A stretch of 48,666 bases of DNA from positions 1-48,666 of the forward strand of contig JASHPT010000161.1 in the NCBI GenBank assembly GCA_030037955.1, in the 5' to 3' direction. The notes beneath the pieces were generated by a model. The model did no database searches, was not told the DNA's origin, and saw only the letters and a program-made list of their open reading frames with translations. Below, piece after piece: positions 1 through 9,004 of the stretch; positions within the stretch are counted from its first letter, which is position 1, and every line of letters starts with the position of its first letter. This DNA comes from Thermoplasmata archaeon. Lineage in GTDB: Archaea > Thermoplasmatota > Thermoplasmata > Lutacidiplasmatales > UBA184. Made by a program: the position numbers and the translations under genes.

Positions 1-76
1 CCGCGATCAGTTCGGTGAGCGCCCACGTGGTGCACCCCCCCCGCGGGCTGTCGGTGTCGTCGATGCCGATCCACAT
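1..76 (-). CDS. tiaS: tRNA(Ile2) agmatinylcytidine synthetase TiaS, N-terminus only (runs off window edge)
   Basis: Manual translation from ATG 76: MWIGIDDTDSPRGGCTTWALTELIA; GIDDTD..GxCTT is the TiaS N-terminal signature. Not in ORF track. Confidence 0.8.
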   Translation of the reverse strand, partial: MWIGIDDTDSPRGGCTTWALTELIA

Positions 77-122
77 CGCCCGTCGCCGACCGCCGAGCGC
101 GCGGCGGCGGATGAGCCCGGCG

Positions 123-989
123 CTACGCGACGCCCGCGAGGAGCTTCTGGTAGGCCGCGAGGTTCGACTCGACCGAGATCTCCGAGCGCGCCGGCCCGAC
201 GTTCTCGCCGAGCAGCTTCGCCTCGAGGCCGGCGCGCGCGACCTCCGCCGGCCGGTGGAAGACCCCGATCGGGATCTTGCCCGCCTCGGTCGTCTCGAGG
301 TAGAGGCGGAACATCGATTTGCGGTCGGTCGGGTCGTAGCCGGGGAGCTTCGAGACGTCCACGACCTTCTCCCGCCAGAGCTTGTACGTGTCGTTGTACG
401 TCACGCAGGGCGAGAGATCCTCGACGAACGCGAAGCCGCGTCGTTCGTGATTGAATCGGATCGCCTCCTCGAGCACCGCGGTCATCGTCTTCGGGTCTCC
501 CGAGAAGGTGCGCGCGATGAAGTTCGGCGCGGGGATCGAGAGCGCGCTCAGGATCGCGTCGAACGGCGCCTCGATGTTCCCCTCGAAGCCGATCTGGCTC
601 GTGGGCGACGGCTGGCCCTTCGTCAGGCCGTAGGTCTCGTTGTTCATCACAATGTAAAGGATCGAGGCGTTCTTCTTGAACGCGTGCATGAAGTGCCCCA
701 TCCCGATGGCGTAGCCGTCGCCGTCCCCGCCGGCCGCGAGTACGGTGAGCTGCGGGTTAGCGAGCTTGAGCCCGATGGCCTGGGCGAGGAGTCGTCCGTG
801 CAGCGCGTGCACCCCGTTGATGTCGATGAAGTTGTGAATGCCGCCCGAGCAGCCGATGCCACCCACGAGGACGGCCTCGTGCGGCGGGATCTTGAGGTCG
901 AGCAACGCCTTCTTCGCCGCGGCGAGCACGCCGAAGTCGCCGCAGCCCGGGCACCAGGTATTCGCCGTCGGCTTAGCGCTTTGAACCAT
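123..989 (-). CDS. korB: 2-oxoacid:ferredoxin oxidoreductase beta subunit
   Basis: WCPGCG, GIGCS, HGR, GDGD TPP motif, NN..YGLTKGQ.SPT, SPCVTYN. Confidence 0.93.
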   Translation of the reverse strand: MVQSAKPTANTWCPGCGDFGVLAAAKKALLDLKIPPHEAVLVGGIGCSGGIHNFIDINGVHALHGRLLAQAIGLKLANPQLTVLAAGGDGDGYAIGMGHFMHAFKKNASILYIVMNNETYGLTKGQPSPTSQIGFEGNIEAPFDAILSALSIPAPNFIARTFSGDPKTMTAVLEEAIRFNHERRGFAFVEDLSPCVTYNDTYKLWREKVVDVSKLPGYDPTDRKSMFRLYLETTEAGKIPIGVFHRPAEVARAGLEAKLLGENVGPARSEISVESNLAAYQKLLAGVA

Positions 990-2781
990 GCACCGCCTCC
1001 CGGATCGGCCCCGCGATGTCGGGGGCCCGGAACGAGTACCCGTCGTACTTGAGCACGGACCGCAGTTTCGAGTGATACTGGGGCATCTCTTCGCGGACCA
1101 GCCGGGCCAGCTGCCCCGTGTAGTTGTGCTCGACGATGAACGCGAGGTCGACGGAGTCGAGGAATGGACCGAGCGTCTCCTGCTGGACCGGGAAGAGCGT
1201 GCGCGCCTGGAGATACTTCGTCGCGATGCCCTCGGTGTCGAGGAGGTCCATCGCCTCCAGGATCGGGCCGCTCGTGCTCCCGTATCCGATGAGACCCAGG
1301 CGGGCTTCCTTCCGGCCGAAGTAGTGGGGCCGCGGCAGCTCGTCCCGCGCCCACAGGAGCTTCCCCATCCGTTGCTCCATCATCTTGTGCCGGTTCACGG
1401 GGTTCACGGAGACGTGACCCCACTCGTCGTGCTCGTTCCCCGTGATCTGCGACGTAACGCCCGGGGTTCCGAGCGGCGCGAACGGCGCGGGGGCGTGCGA
1501 GGTGAACGCGTATTGCTTGTAGGCATCGAGCTTGGCCACCTGGTCCGGCGTGAGCACGCTGGGACGCTCGACCTTCACTCGGGACAGGTCGAACGCCGCG
1601 ACCGTTGACGCATTCTGGCAGAGCGCCTGGTCGAGGAGCAGGATGACCGGAAGCCGCCACTTCTCCGCAAGGTTCAGAGCGTCCACGGTCAGATAGAAGC
1701 AGTCCTCCGCCGACCCCGGCGAGAGGATGAACTTCGGGAACTCCCCATGGCCCAGGTGGGCCAGATGCGCCAGGTCGGACTGCTCGTGTCGGGTCGGCTG
1801 ACCGGTGGACGGTCCCACCCGCTGACAGTCCGCGATGAGTACTCCCACCTCGGCCGTTCCGGCATGGCCGATCCCCTCGGTCATGAGCGACAGTCCCGGA
1901 CCGCTGGTGGACGTCATGGCGCGGGCGCCGGTGGTGGCCGCTCCGATGACCATGTTGATCGAGGCGAGTTCGTCCTCGCCTTGCCGAACGACCCCGTGGT
2001 AGTTCGGCAGGTACCGCATCAGGTACTCCATGATCTCCGTGGCCGGTGTGATCGGATAGCCCGCGAAGAACCGGCCGCCCCCGACGACGAACCCTAGGGC
2101 GGTCGCCTGGTTCCCGGTCGTCAGGATCAACCCATGCGCGTCGCCTTCGGGGAGCGTCCACCGATTGACGGCGGACGGGACCTCGAGCGCGACTCGGCGG
2201 CCGATCTCGAGGGCTTTGAGATTCTTGTCCAGGGCCTCGGCGCCCCGACGCTTGAACCGCTCTTCGATCACCTGGCGCGCCACGACGTCATCGAAGCCCA
2301 TCAGGACGGTGATCGCGCCGTACGCAGCCGTGTTCTTGTAGATGGGCTGTCCGAGCTGTCCGCCCGCCAGTGTGGCGAAGGGGAAGCCCAGGGCATTCGG
2401 AAAGTCGGCTTTGAAGGACGTAGAATCGTAGAGGACGAGCGCGTCCGCGTCGAGCTCCGGACGGGCAACGTCGATCGCCTCCTGGTCGAAGGCCAGGAGC
2501 AGGTCCGCCTTCGCTTTGATGGCAGCGCGCGGGTCGCGACAGGCCCGCACGTTCGCGTCGGCGTGACCCCCTCGAATGCGGGAGAGGGTATTCCGTGAGG
2601 TGTAGACGTAGAGTCCACGCTTCCGGAAGTACCGGCCGAGCAGGTCGACCACCGTCAGGGTTCCGTCGCCGCCCTGGCCCCCGACAATGACCGAAACGTC
2701 CGCGAGCTCCTTGGGCGGGCGCCGTTGAGCGCTCTCGCTTTCGGTGGGCTGAGCAGGGACTTGAGAGGCTGAAGTTGACAT
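973..2781 (-). CDS. korA: 2-oxoacid:ferredoxin oxidoreductase alpha subunit (gamma-alpha fusion)
   Basis: N-terminal GGQGGDG gamma domain, YPITP, EDE, TSGPG, QRVGPSTG; start taken as ATG 2781 (alternative 2793). Confidence 0.92.
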   Translation of the reverse strand: MSTSASQVPAQPTESESAQRRPPKELADVSVIVGGQGGDGTLTVVDLLGRYFRKRGLYVYTSRNTLSRIRGGHADANVRACRDPRAAIKAKADLLLAFDQEAIDVARPELDADALVLYDSTSFKADFPNALGFPFATLAGGQLGQPIYKNTAAYGAITVLMGFDDVVARQVIEERFKRRGAEALDKNLKALEIGRRVALEVPSAVNRWTLPEGDAHGLILTTGNQATALGFVVGGGRFFAGYPITPATEIMEYLMRYLPNYHGVVRQGEDELASINMVIGAATTGARAMTSTSGPGLSLMTEGIGHAGTAEVGVLIADCQRVGPSTGQPTRHEQSDLAHLAHLGHGEFPKFILSPGSAEDCFYLTVDALNLAEKWRLPVILLLDQALCQNASTVAAFDLSRVKVERPSVLTPDQVAKLDAYKQYAFTSHAPAPFAPLGTPGVTSQITGNEHDEWGHVSVNPVNRHKMMEQRMGKLLWARDELPRPHYFGRKEARLGLIGYGSTSGPILEAMDLLDTEGIATKYLQARTLFPVQQETLGPFLDSVDLAFIVEHNYTGQLARLVREEMPQYHSKLRSVLKYDGYSFRAPDIAGPIREAVHGSKR

Positions 2782-2839
2782 CGCAGATACCAATCCGATG
2801 CGCTACGCAGCTACTGACATCGATTCGAGGGAGCGCTCG

Positions 2840-2847
2840 TATTTAAC
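2840..2847 (-). promoter_or_regulatory. Putative TATA box for korAB (TTAAATA on minus strand)
   Basis: AT-rich box in GC-rich intergenic DNA upstream of korA. Confidence 0.45.
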
Positions 2848-2917
2848 GGTGGTCTAACTCTCTGGCCGCCGATAGCGAAACTCGTACGATTTGACGCTCT
2901 GCCGGCGCGTCCCACGG

Positions 2918-2935
2918 TCGTACGCTAACGTACGA
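2918..2935. promoter_or_regulatory. Palindrome TCGTACG-N4-CGTACGA, candidate operator
   Basis: Perfect inverted repeat just upstream of BRE/TATA-like GAAAGGTTATGT (2949-2960); extra TCGTACGA at 2882-2889. Confidence 0.35.
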
Positions 2936-2985
2936 ACACGCTTCTCGCGAAAGGTTATGTCGCATCGGCCGCTCGCTGAGTGCCG

Positions 2986-4233
2986 ATGGCTGACGAGGGC
3001 CTCGTCGAGAACTTTCACTCCGGTACCCGCTCCGAGCGACACATCCCCGACCCGATCGTCTTCTGGGATGAGACCCTGCGCGACGGAGAACAGACCCCGG
3101 GCGTGCACTTCACGCCCGACGAGAAGCTACGGCTCGCCAGCATCATGTCGGAGATGGGCATCTCTGTCATCAACGCGGGCATCCCGGTCGTATCCGCCGA
3201 GGAAGCCGAAGCGGTCCACCTCGTCGCCCACGCTGGGCTCAAGGCGAAGATCCTCGCCGCGGCCCGAACGGTCCCGGCCGATGTGGACGCCGTGGTCCGA
3301 TCGGGGGCGACGCACATCGCCATCTTCGTGGCGGCGAGCAACGTGCACCTGCGGTACAAGCTCAAGATGACACAGGACGACGTGCTCCGCGCGGCAACGA
3401 GCTGCGTCCGCCAGGCCAAGGAGGCGGGGCTTCACGTGGCCTTCGTCACCGAGGACACGGTGCGCGCCCCGTTCGACTTCGTGGAGCGGCTCTACCGGGC
3501 GGTGAAGGAGGTCGGGGCCGATCGTCTCGTGATCTCGGACACGGTCGGCATCATGACCCCGCTGACGTTCCGGTGGTATCTCCGGGAGTTCCACCGGAGG
3601 GTCGCGCCGACGGATTGGTCCGTCCATTGTCACAACGACTTCGGACTCGCCACCGCGAACGCGCTCACCGCGCTGGAGGAGGGCGTCACGAGCCCGCACG
3701 TCTGCGTGAACGGGCTCGGAGAGCGCGCGGGCAACACCTCGCTGGAAGAGCTGGTGCTCTGCCTCGAGAAGCTCTACGGGGTCCGGACCGGCCTCGACCT
3801 GTCCAGGCTCTACGAGCTCTCGCGGCTCGTCGAGGAGATCTCCGGGGTCCCGGTGTCGGCCACGAAGGCGGTCGTCGGCTACAATGCCTTCTCGCACGAG
3901 GCGGGGATCCATACCCACGGCATCCTGGCTCACACGCTGACCTACGAGCCCGTGCAGCCCGAGGTCGTGGGACGGCAGCGACGCATGATCCTGGGGAAGC
4001 ACACCGGAAAGTCCGCGCTGGTCGAGAAGCTCAAGGAGCGGGGGATGGCCCTCCCCGACCCGGTGCTCGTCGACCTGCTTCAGCGACTCAAGGCGAGCGC
4101 AGAGAAACGGTCCAAGTCGGAGCTCGAGGCGTTCTTGCAGGAGTACCGGACCCTGTTCGAGCAGCCCGGCATCTCCGACGCGGACTTTTGGAAACTGGTG
4201 GACGAGATGGGGCTGGGGGCGAAGGCAGCATGA
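2986..4233 (+). CDS. DRE-TIM acetyl-CoA condensing synthase (homocitrate/isopropylmalate/citramalate/Re-citrate synthase family), no C-terminal regulatory domain
   Basis: DETLRDGEQTPG, HCHNDFGLA, NGLGERAGN, AFSHEAGIH, LGKHTG; about 415 aa; alternative GTG start 2980. Confidence 0.88.
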   Translation: MADEGLVENFHSGTRSERHIPDPIVFWDETLRDGEQTPGVHFTPDEKLRLASIMSEMGISVINAGIPVVSAEEAEAVHLVAHAGLKAKILAAARTVPADVDAVVRSGATHIAIFVAASNVHLRYKLKMTQDDVLRAATSCVRQAKEAGLHVAFVTEDTVRAPFDFVERLYRAVKEVGADRLVISDTVGIMTPLTFRWYLREFHRRVAPTDWSVHCHNDFGLATANALTALEEGVTSPHVCVNGLGERAGNTSLEELVLCLEKLYGVRTGLDLSRLYELSRLVEEISGVPVSATKAVVGYNAFSHEAGIHTHGILAHTLTYEPVQPEVVGRQRRMILGKHTGKSALVEKLKERGMALPDPVLVDLLQRLKASAEKRSKSELEAFLQEYRTLFEQPGISDADFWKLVDEMGLGAKAA

Positions 4234-5516
4234 CGGGGAATGGGACGGGTGCGGGCCAGACGCTGGCGGAACGGATCCTTGCTCGGGCCGGCGGCCTCGA
4301 GCAGGTCACGCCGGGGCAGATCATCGACGGTCGGGTCGACCTCGCGATGATGCACGAGCAGGGAGCTCAGACCGTCCAGCCGTTCCACGACATGGGCGCC
4401 TCCCGGGTCTGGGACCCGGATCGGGTCGTCATCGCCATCGACCACTGGGTCCCCGCATCGACCGAGGGGGCGGCGGTCCTGCACCGGATCCTTCGCCAGT
4501 TCGCCAAAGAGCAGGGTCTCCCCCACTTCTACGACGTCGGTAATCACGGGATCTGTCACCAGATCCTCGCCGAGCATGGCTGGGTGGTCCCCGGCGACCT
4601 CGCGGTGGGAACGGATTCGCACACCAACATGCTGGGGGCAATGGGCGCGGTGGCGGCCGGCATCGGGCCGACCGAGATGGCCGCCGTCCTGGCGCTGGGC
4701 AAGCTGTGGCTCAAGGTCCCTCCGACGATCCACGTCAGGGTCCGGGGCTCGCTGAGGAAGGGCGTCTATGCGAAGGACCTCATCCTGCGGATCCTGGGCG
4801 AGATCAAGACCACCGGTGCCACCTACAAAGCGGTCGAATTCTCGGGACCGACCATCGAGCGGATGTCGATGTCCGAGCGCTTCACGCTCTGCAACATGAC
4901 GACCGAAATGGGCGCCAAGTGCGGGATGATCGCCCCCGACGCCACGACCTACACCTTCCTCGAGAAGATCGCGAAGCATCCGATGCATCCCCTCGCCCCC
5001 GACGCGGACGCCCACTACGAGCGGGTGGTGGACATCGACGTCGACGCGCTGGGACCGATGGTCGCCTGTCCGTACTCGCCGGACAACGTCCGACCCCTCG
5101 AAGAGGTCCTTCCGAAGCACGTCAAGGTCGACCAGGTATTCCTCGGCTCCTGCACGAATGCCCGCATCGATGACCTCCGCGAGGGGGCCCGGATCCTGAA
5201 GGGGCACAAGGTGGCCGCCGGCGTCCGCTTCATCGTGTCTCCGGCGTCCACCTCGATCTACAAGCAGGCGCTCGACGAGGGACTCATCGAGACCTTCACC
5301 GAGGCCGGGGGCGTCTTCACCAATTCGAGCTGCTCCGCCTGCTTCGGCGGCAACATGGGCATCCTGGCCCCCGGCGAGGTCTGTGCCTCCTCCTCCAACC
5401 GGAACTTCCCGGGACGCATGGGCGCCAAGAACGCGGAGATCTACCTGCTCTCGCCGGCGGCGACGGTCGCCGCCGCGATCCGAGGCGAGCTCGCCGACCC
5501 GCGCGAGTTCCTGTAG
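4230..5516 (+). CDS. leuC: 3-isopropylmalate dehydratase/homoaconitase large subunit
   Basis: DH, GICHQ, DSHT, GSCTN, CSACFG, NRNFPGRMG; ATG 4230 overlaps upstream stop (ATGA). Substrate uncertain. Confidence 0.9.
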   Translation: MTGNGTGAGQTLAERILARAGGLEQVTPGQIIDGRVDLAMMHEQGAQTVQPFHDMGASRVWDPDRVVIAIDHWVPASTEGAAVLHRILRQFAKEQGLPHFYDVGNHGICHQILAEHGWVVPGDLAVGTDSHTNMLGAMGAVAAGIGPTEMAAVLALGKLWLKVPPTIHVRVRGSLRKGVYAKDLILRILGEIKTTGATYKAVEFSGPTIERMSMSERFTLCNMTTEMGAKCGMIAPDATTYTFLEKIAKHPMHPLAPDADAHYERVVDIDVDALGPMVACPYSPDNVRPLEEVLPKHVKVDQVFLGSCTNARIDDLREGARILKGHKVAAGVRFIVSPASTSIYKQALDEGLIETFTEAGGVFTNSSCSACFGGNMGILAPGEVCASSSNRNFPGRMGAKNAEIYLLSPAATVAAAIRGELADPREFL

Positions 5517-5525
5517 GAGCTGCGA

Positions 5526-6047
5526 GTGCGCGACCTCATCGAGGGCCGGGTCTGGACGCTGGGAGACGACGTCGACACCGACCAGATCATCAGCGGAAAG
5601 TACCTCACCGTGATCGACCCGAACGAGCTCAAGAAGCACGTGTTCGAGATCGCGCTGCCCGAGTTCGCCGCGAACGCGCAGGCCGGCGACATCGTGATCG
5701 CCGGGGTGAACCTGGGATGCGGGTCGAGCCGGGAACACGCCCCCCAGGCGTTGAAGGCCATCGGGGTCGGGGCGGTGGTGGCGGACAGTTTCGCGCGGAT
5801 CTTCTTCCGCAACGCGATCAACGTCGGCATCCCGACGATCGAGGCGCCCGGCGTCCGGGCACTGTTCGAGGCGGGCGACGGGGCCCGGATCGAGATGGGC
5901 GCCGGCCGCGTCACCAACGTCCGCACGGGAGCGTCGGTAGGGTTTCCGCCGCTTCCATCGCATCTGCTCGAGCTCCTCGAGGCCGGGGGCCTCGTGGAGA
6001 AGGTGAAACGCGAACTGCAGGCCGGGCGAGCGGACACGGCCCGATGA
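5526..6047 (+). CDS. leuD: 3-isopropylmalate dehydratase/homoaconitase small subunit
   Basis: DDVDTDQII, GCGSSREHA, SFARIFFRNAINVG. Confidence 0.9.
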   Translation: MRDLIEGRVWTLGDDVDTDQIISGKYLTVIDPNELKKHVFEIALPEFAANAQAGDIVIAGVNLGCGSSREHAPQALKAIGVGAVVADSFARIFFRNAINVGIPTIEAPGVRALFEAGDGARIEMGAGRVTNVRTGASVGFPPLPSHLLELLEAGGLVEKVKRELQAGRADTAR

Positions 6048-7180
6048 AGGACGCCGGCTACCGGATCGCGGTGTTGCCCGGCGACGGCACCGGGCCCGAG
6101 GTGATCCGGGCCGGCCGACAAGTGCTGGATGCGCTCGCCGAGGGAGCTGCGGCTCCCTGGTCGGTCGAGGAGTACGAGGCGGGCGCCACCTACTATCGGG
6201 ACCACGGGCACGAGTGGTCCCCGGGGTCGGAGGCAGCGGCACGGTCGGCCGACGCGATCCTGCTCGGAGCCGTCGGCTGGCCGGGGGTATCGCTGCCGAA
6301 CGGCGATATTGCCGGCGCCGGCCTCATCTTCGGTCTCCGGTTTGGGCTCGACCTCTTCGCCAACGTCCGTCCCTGTCGCCTGTATCCCGGAGTCCGGCAT
6401 CGCGTGAGTGGGGAATGGAAGCAGATCTGGACGCCGGACAACGTCGATTTTGTGATCATCCGCGAGAACACCGAAGGTCTCTACACACCGATCCGGGGGG
6501 CGCTCAGTCGGGGGGGCGAAACGGAGGTCGCGGTCGACACCCGCGTCATCACCCGGAAGGGTGCGGAACGGGTCATCCGGTACGCCTTCGAGCTCGCGAA
6601 GCACCGGGGACGCGGCGCCCCCGAGGACCATCGGTCGCGCGTTACCTGCGTCGACAAGGCGAACGTGCTGCGAGGATGCCAGTTCTTCCGTGAGGTCTTC
6701 GAGGAGGTGGGGGCCGGCTACTCCGGGATCGACCGGGAGTATGCCTACGTCGATGCGTTCACCCAGTGGATGGTGCGGAATCCCGAGCACTACGACGTGG
6801 TCGTGACGACGAACATGTTCGGCGATATCGTGACAGATCTCGCGGCGGTGCTGCAGGGAGGCATGGGCTTCGCCGCCGGAGGCAACATCGGCGCGCAGCA
6901 CGCGATGTTCGAGCCGGTGCACGGCTCCTCCCCGAAGCATGCCGGCAAGAACGAGATCAACCCGTTCGCCACCTTCGCCGCCATCGAGATGATGTTGCGG
7001 TGGCTGGGGGACCGGCGAGCGGACGTTCGGATGACCGAGCAAGCCGATCGCCTCGAGCGGGCCATCGTCTCCGTCCTCGGAACCGGCACCGCGCGGACCT
7101 ACGACCAGGGAGGGACCGTGAGCACGACCGGCGCCGGTGACCTCGTGGCCGAGGCGATCCGGTCGGGGGCCCGGCGATGA
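6044..7180 (+). CDS. leuB: Isocitrate/isopropylmalate dehydrogenase family (beta-decarboxylating dehydrogenase)
   Basis: [43 protein letters not shown]; ATGA overlap with leuD. Substrate uncertain. Confidence 0.85.
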   Translation: MKDAGYRIAVLPGDGTGPEVIRAGRQVLDALAEGAAAPWSVEEYEAGATYYRDHGHEWSPGSEAAARSADAILLGAVGWPGVSLPNGDIAGAGLIFGLRFGLDLFANVRPCRLYPGVRHRVSGEWKQIWTPDNVDFVIIRENTEGLYTPIRGALSRGGETEVAVDTRVITRKGAERVIRYAFELAKHRGRGAPEDHRSRVTCVDKANVLRGCQFFREVFEEVGAGYSGIDREYAYVDAFTQWMVRNPEHYDVVVTTNMFGDIVTDLAAVLQGGMGFAAGGNIGAQHAMFEPVHGSSPKHAGKNEINPFATFAAIEMMLRWLGDRRADVRMTEQADRLERAIVSVLGTGTARTYDQGGTVSTTGAGDLVAEAIRSGARR

Positions 7181-8358
7181 GCGGCCCGCGGGAAGTGGCG
7201 GTCGTGGGCGGGGGTCTGACCCCCTTCGGCGTGCGAGGAGTGACCTGGGCGGAGCTCGCCCAGGAGGCCGGCGAAGTGCTTTTCCGGACGGTACCGAACC
7301 TCCGGGCCGCTGACGTGGACAGCCTGTTCGTCGGGGCGGCGGAACCGGAGCGCTTCGCCTTCCAGTCCCACGTGGCTCCTCTGGTCGCCGAGCAGATGGG
7401 CCTCGCTCCGCATCGGATCGTCCAGCGGACGGAGCTCGCCTGTGCCTCCGGGCAGTCGGCCATTCGGAGCGCCTATGCCGCCATCCGCGCCGGCCTCTCG
7501 GACATCGCGGTCGCCGTCGGGGTCGAGAAAATGAACATCCCGGACATGGCGGAGGCGAACTCGGCGATGGCCTGTGTCCTGGACCGCCCCTGGGATGCGG
7601 CGCACGGACTGACGGCCCCACCGTTCTTCGCCATGGTCGCGCAGCGGCACATGCTCGAGCACGGGACGACGGACGAGCAGCTCGCGGCCGTGTCGCAGAA
7701 GAACCACCGGTTTGCCAACGCAAACCCGGTCGCCCAGTTCTACGAGAAGAAGTTCGACCGGGAGAAGCTGCTCCGCCTGCCTCTGGTCGCACCGCCGCTG
7801 CGACTCGGCGACTGCTCCTCGATGACCGACGGAGCCGGGGCCGTGGTGCTTGCCGCCGAGGACCGGGTCTCCGAATTTACCGACACGCCCGCCTGGATCC
7901 GCGGCTCGGGCCAGTACTCGGACTTCCACAACCTCGCCAACATGGGGTCCCTGACGCAGTGGAGCGGCCTCGTTCGGGCCTCGCGGGAGGCGCTCCGGTC
8001 CGCGAGGATCGGCCCGGGCGACCTCGACTTCGCCGAGCTCCACGACTGCTTCACGATCTCCGAGATCATCGAGTACGAGGCGATCGGGTTCTGTGGGCCG
8101 GGCGAGGGCGGATCCTTCGTCGCCGACGGCCGGTCGGACCTCGGCGGCGATGTCGTGGTCAACCCCCGCGGAGGCCTGCTCGGCTGCGGACATCCTCTCG
8201 GGGCGACCGGCATCGCCCAGGCGGTGGAGGTCGTCGATCAGTTTGCGCATCGGGTCGACCCGGCGCGGCAGGTCCCCGACCCGGAGTGGGCCATGGTCCA
8301 CAACCTGAGCGGGAGCGCCAACGTCCACTCGGTCATGGTGTACGAGCGAGGGGGCTGA
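7177..8358 (+). CDS. Thiolase (acetyl-CoA C-acyltransferase, SCP2/archaeal type)
   Basis: CASG catalytic Cys, GVEKM, ELHDCF, GHPLGATG; ATGA overlap with dehydrogenase. Confidence 0.9.
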   Translation: MSGPREVAVVGGGLTPFGVRGVTWAELAQEAGEVLFRTVPNLRAADVDSLFVGAAEPERFAFQSHVAPLVAEQMGLAPHRIVQRTELACASGQSAIRSAYAAIRAGLSDIAVAVGVEKMNIPDMAEANSAMACVLDRPWDAAHGLTAPPFFAMVAQRHMLEHGTTDEQLAAVSQKNHRFANANPVAQFYEKKFDREKLLRLPLVAPPLRLGDCSSMTDGAGAVVLAAEDRVSEFTDTPAWIRGSGQYSDFHNLANMGSLTQWSGLVRASREALRSARIGPGDLDFAELHDCFTISEIIEYEAIGFCGPGEGGSFVADGRSDLGGDVVVNPRGGLLGCGHPLGATGIAQAVEVVDQFAHRVDPARQVPDPEWAMVHNLSGSANVHSVMVYERGG

Positions 8359-8362
8359 CGCC

Positions 8363-8902
8363 GTGCCCACCGCCGTGGTCGAGGTCGCTCCGCGGAAGCG
8401 TTCGAAGGCGCGCAAGGCCAAGCTCCTACCTCCCGAACCCGCCCGGGAGGTCCCCGGGCCTGGGGAACGGCCGGCTCGACTGCCGTACCTCCTCGACCTG
8501 TACCCCGCCGAGTCGGCGGCACAAACCCGCCTGGCTCCCTTCTTCGAGGGGCTCCGGGAGGGCCGGTTCCTCTCGACCCACTGTCGGAAGGATGGGCGGG
8601 TGCTCTGGCCGCCCCGGATCGTCTGTCCGGTCTGTCACACGTCCGATCTCACCTGGGTCGACCTCCCGCAGACCGGACGCATCTACGCGTTCAGCGCGAT
8701 TCTCGCGGGGGCGCCGAGCGGACTTGAGGAGGAGCTCCCCCGGGTGGTGGGACTGGTCGAGCTCGATGGCTCGCCCCTGCGAATCTTCGGTCGGATCGTT
8801 GGCGTCGAGTGGCCGGAATGTCGCATCGGGATGCGCGTCCGAGTCGAGCCGTTTTCGTTGCCCGACGGCCGCGCCTACTATGCCTTCCGGGTGGTCCGGT
8901 AG
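8363..8902 (+). CDS. DUF35 Zn-ribbon/OB-fold protein (thiolase partner)
   Basis: FFEGLREG, CRKD..PPRIVCPVC ribbon, GRIYAFS, VGLVEL, GMRV; directly follows thiolase. Confidence 0.88.
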   Translation: MPTAVVEVAPRKRSKARKAKLLPPEPAREVPGPGERPARLPYLLDLYPAESAAQTRLAPFFEGLREGRFLSTHCRKDGRVLWPPRIVCPVCHTSDLTWVDLPQTGRIYAFSAILAGAPSGLEEELPRVVGLVELDGSPLRIFGRIVGVEWPECRIGMRVRVEPFSLPDGRAYYAFRVVR

Positions 8903-8944
8903 TCTCGGCCGGGTTCCGGGGGCTCCACCGGCGATAAAAATTCC

Positions 8945-8958
8945 CAAAGGATTTATAC
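8945..8958 (+). promoter_or_regulatory. BRE/TATA box (CAAAGG-ATTTATAC) upstream of aglB
   Basis: TTTATA box with purine-rich element upstream, about 50 nt before ATG 9005. Confidence 0.6.
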
Positions 8959-9004
8959 CGGTCCCCGTCTGCGCGGCCCGCCGGTTCGGGAGACCCGGCC
9001 GAGG

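Noticed and set aside
2986-7180. Coenzyme B (aksADEF) and methanogenesis interpretation
   Set aside because: Family similarity only; no methanogenesis genes in the window and the dehydrogenase coenzyme motif differs from AksF
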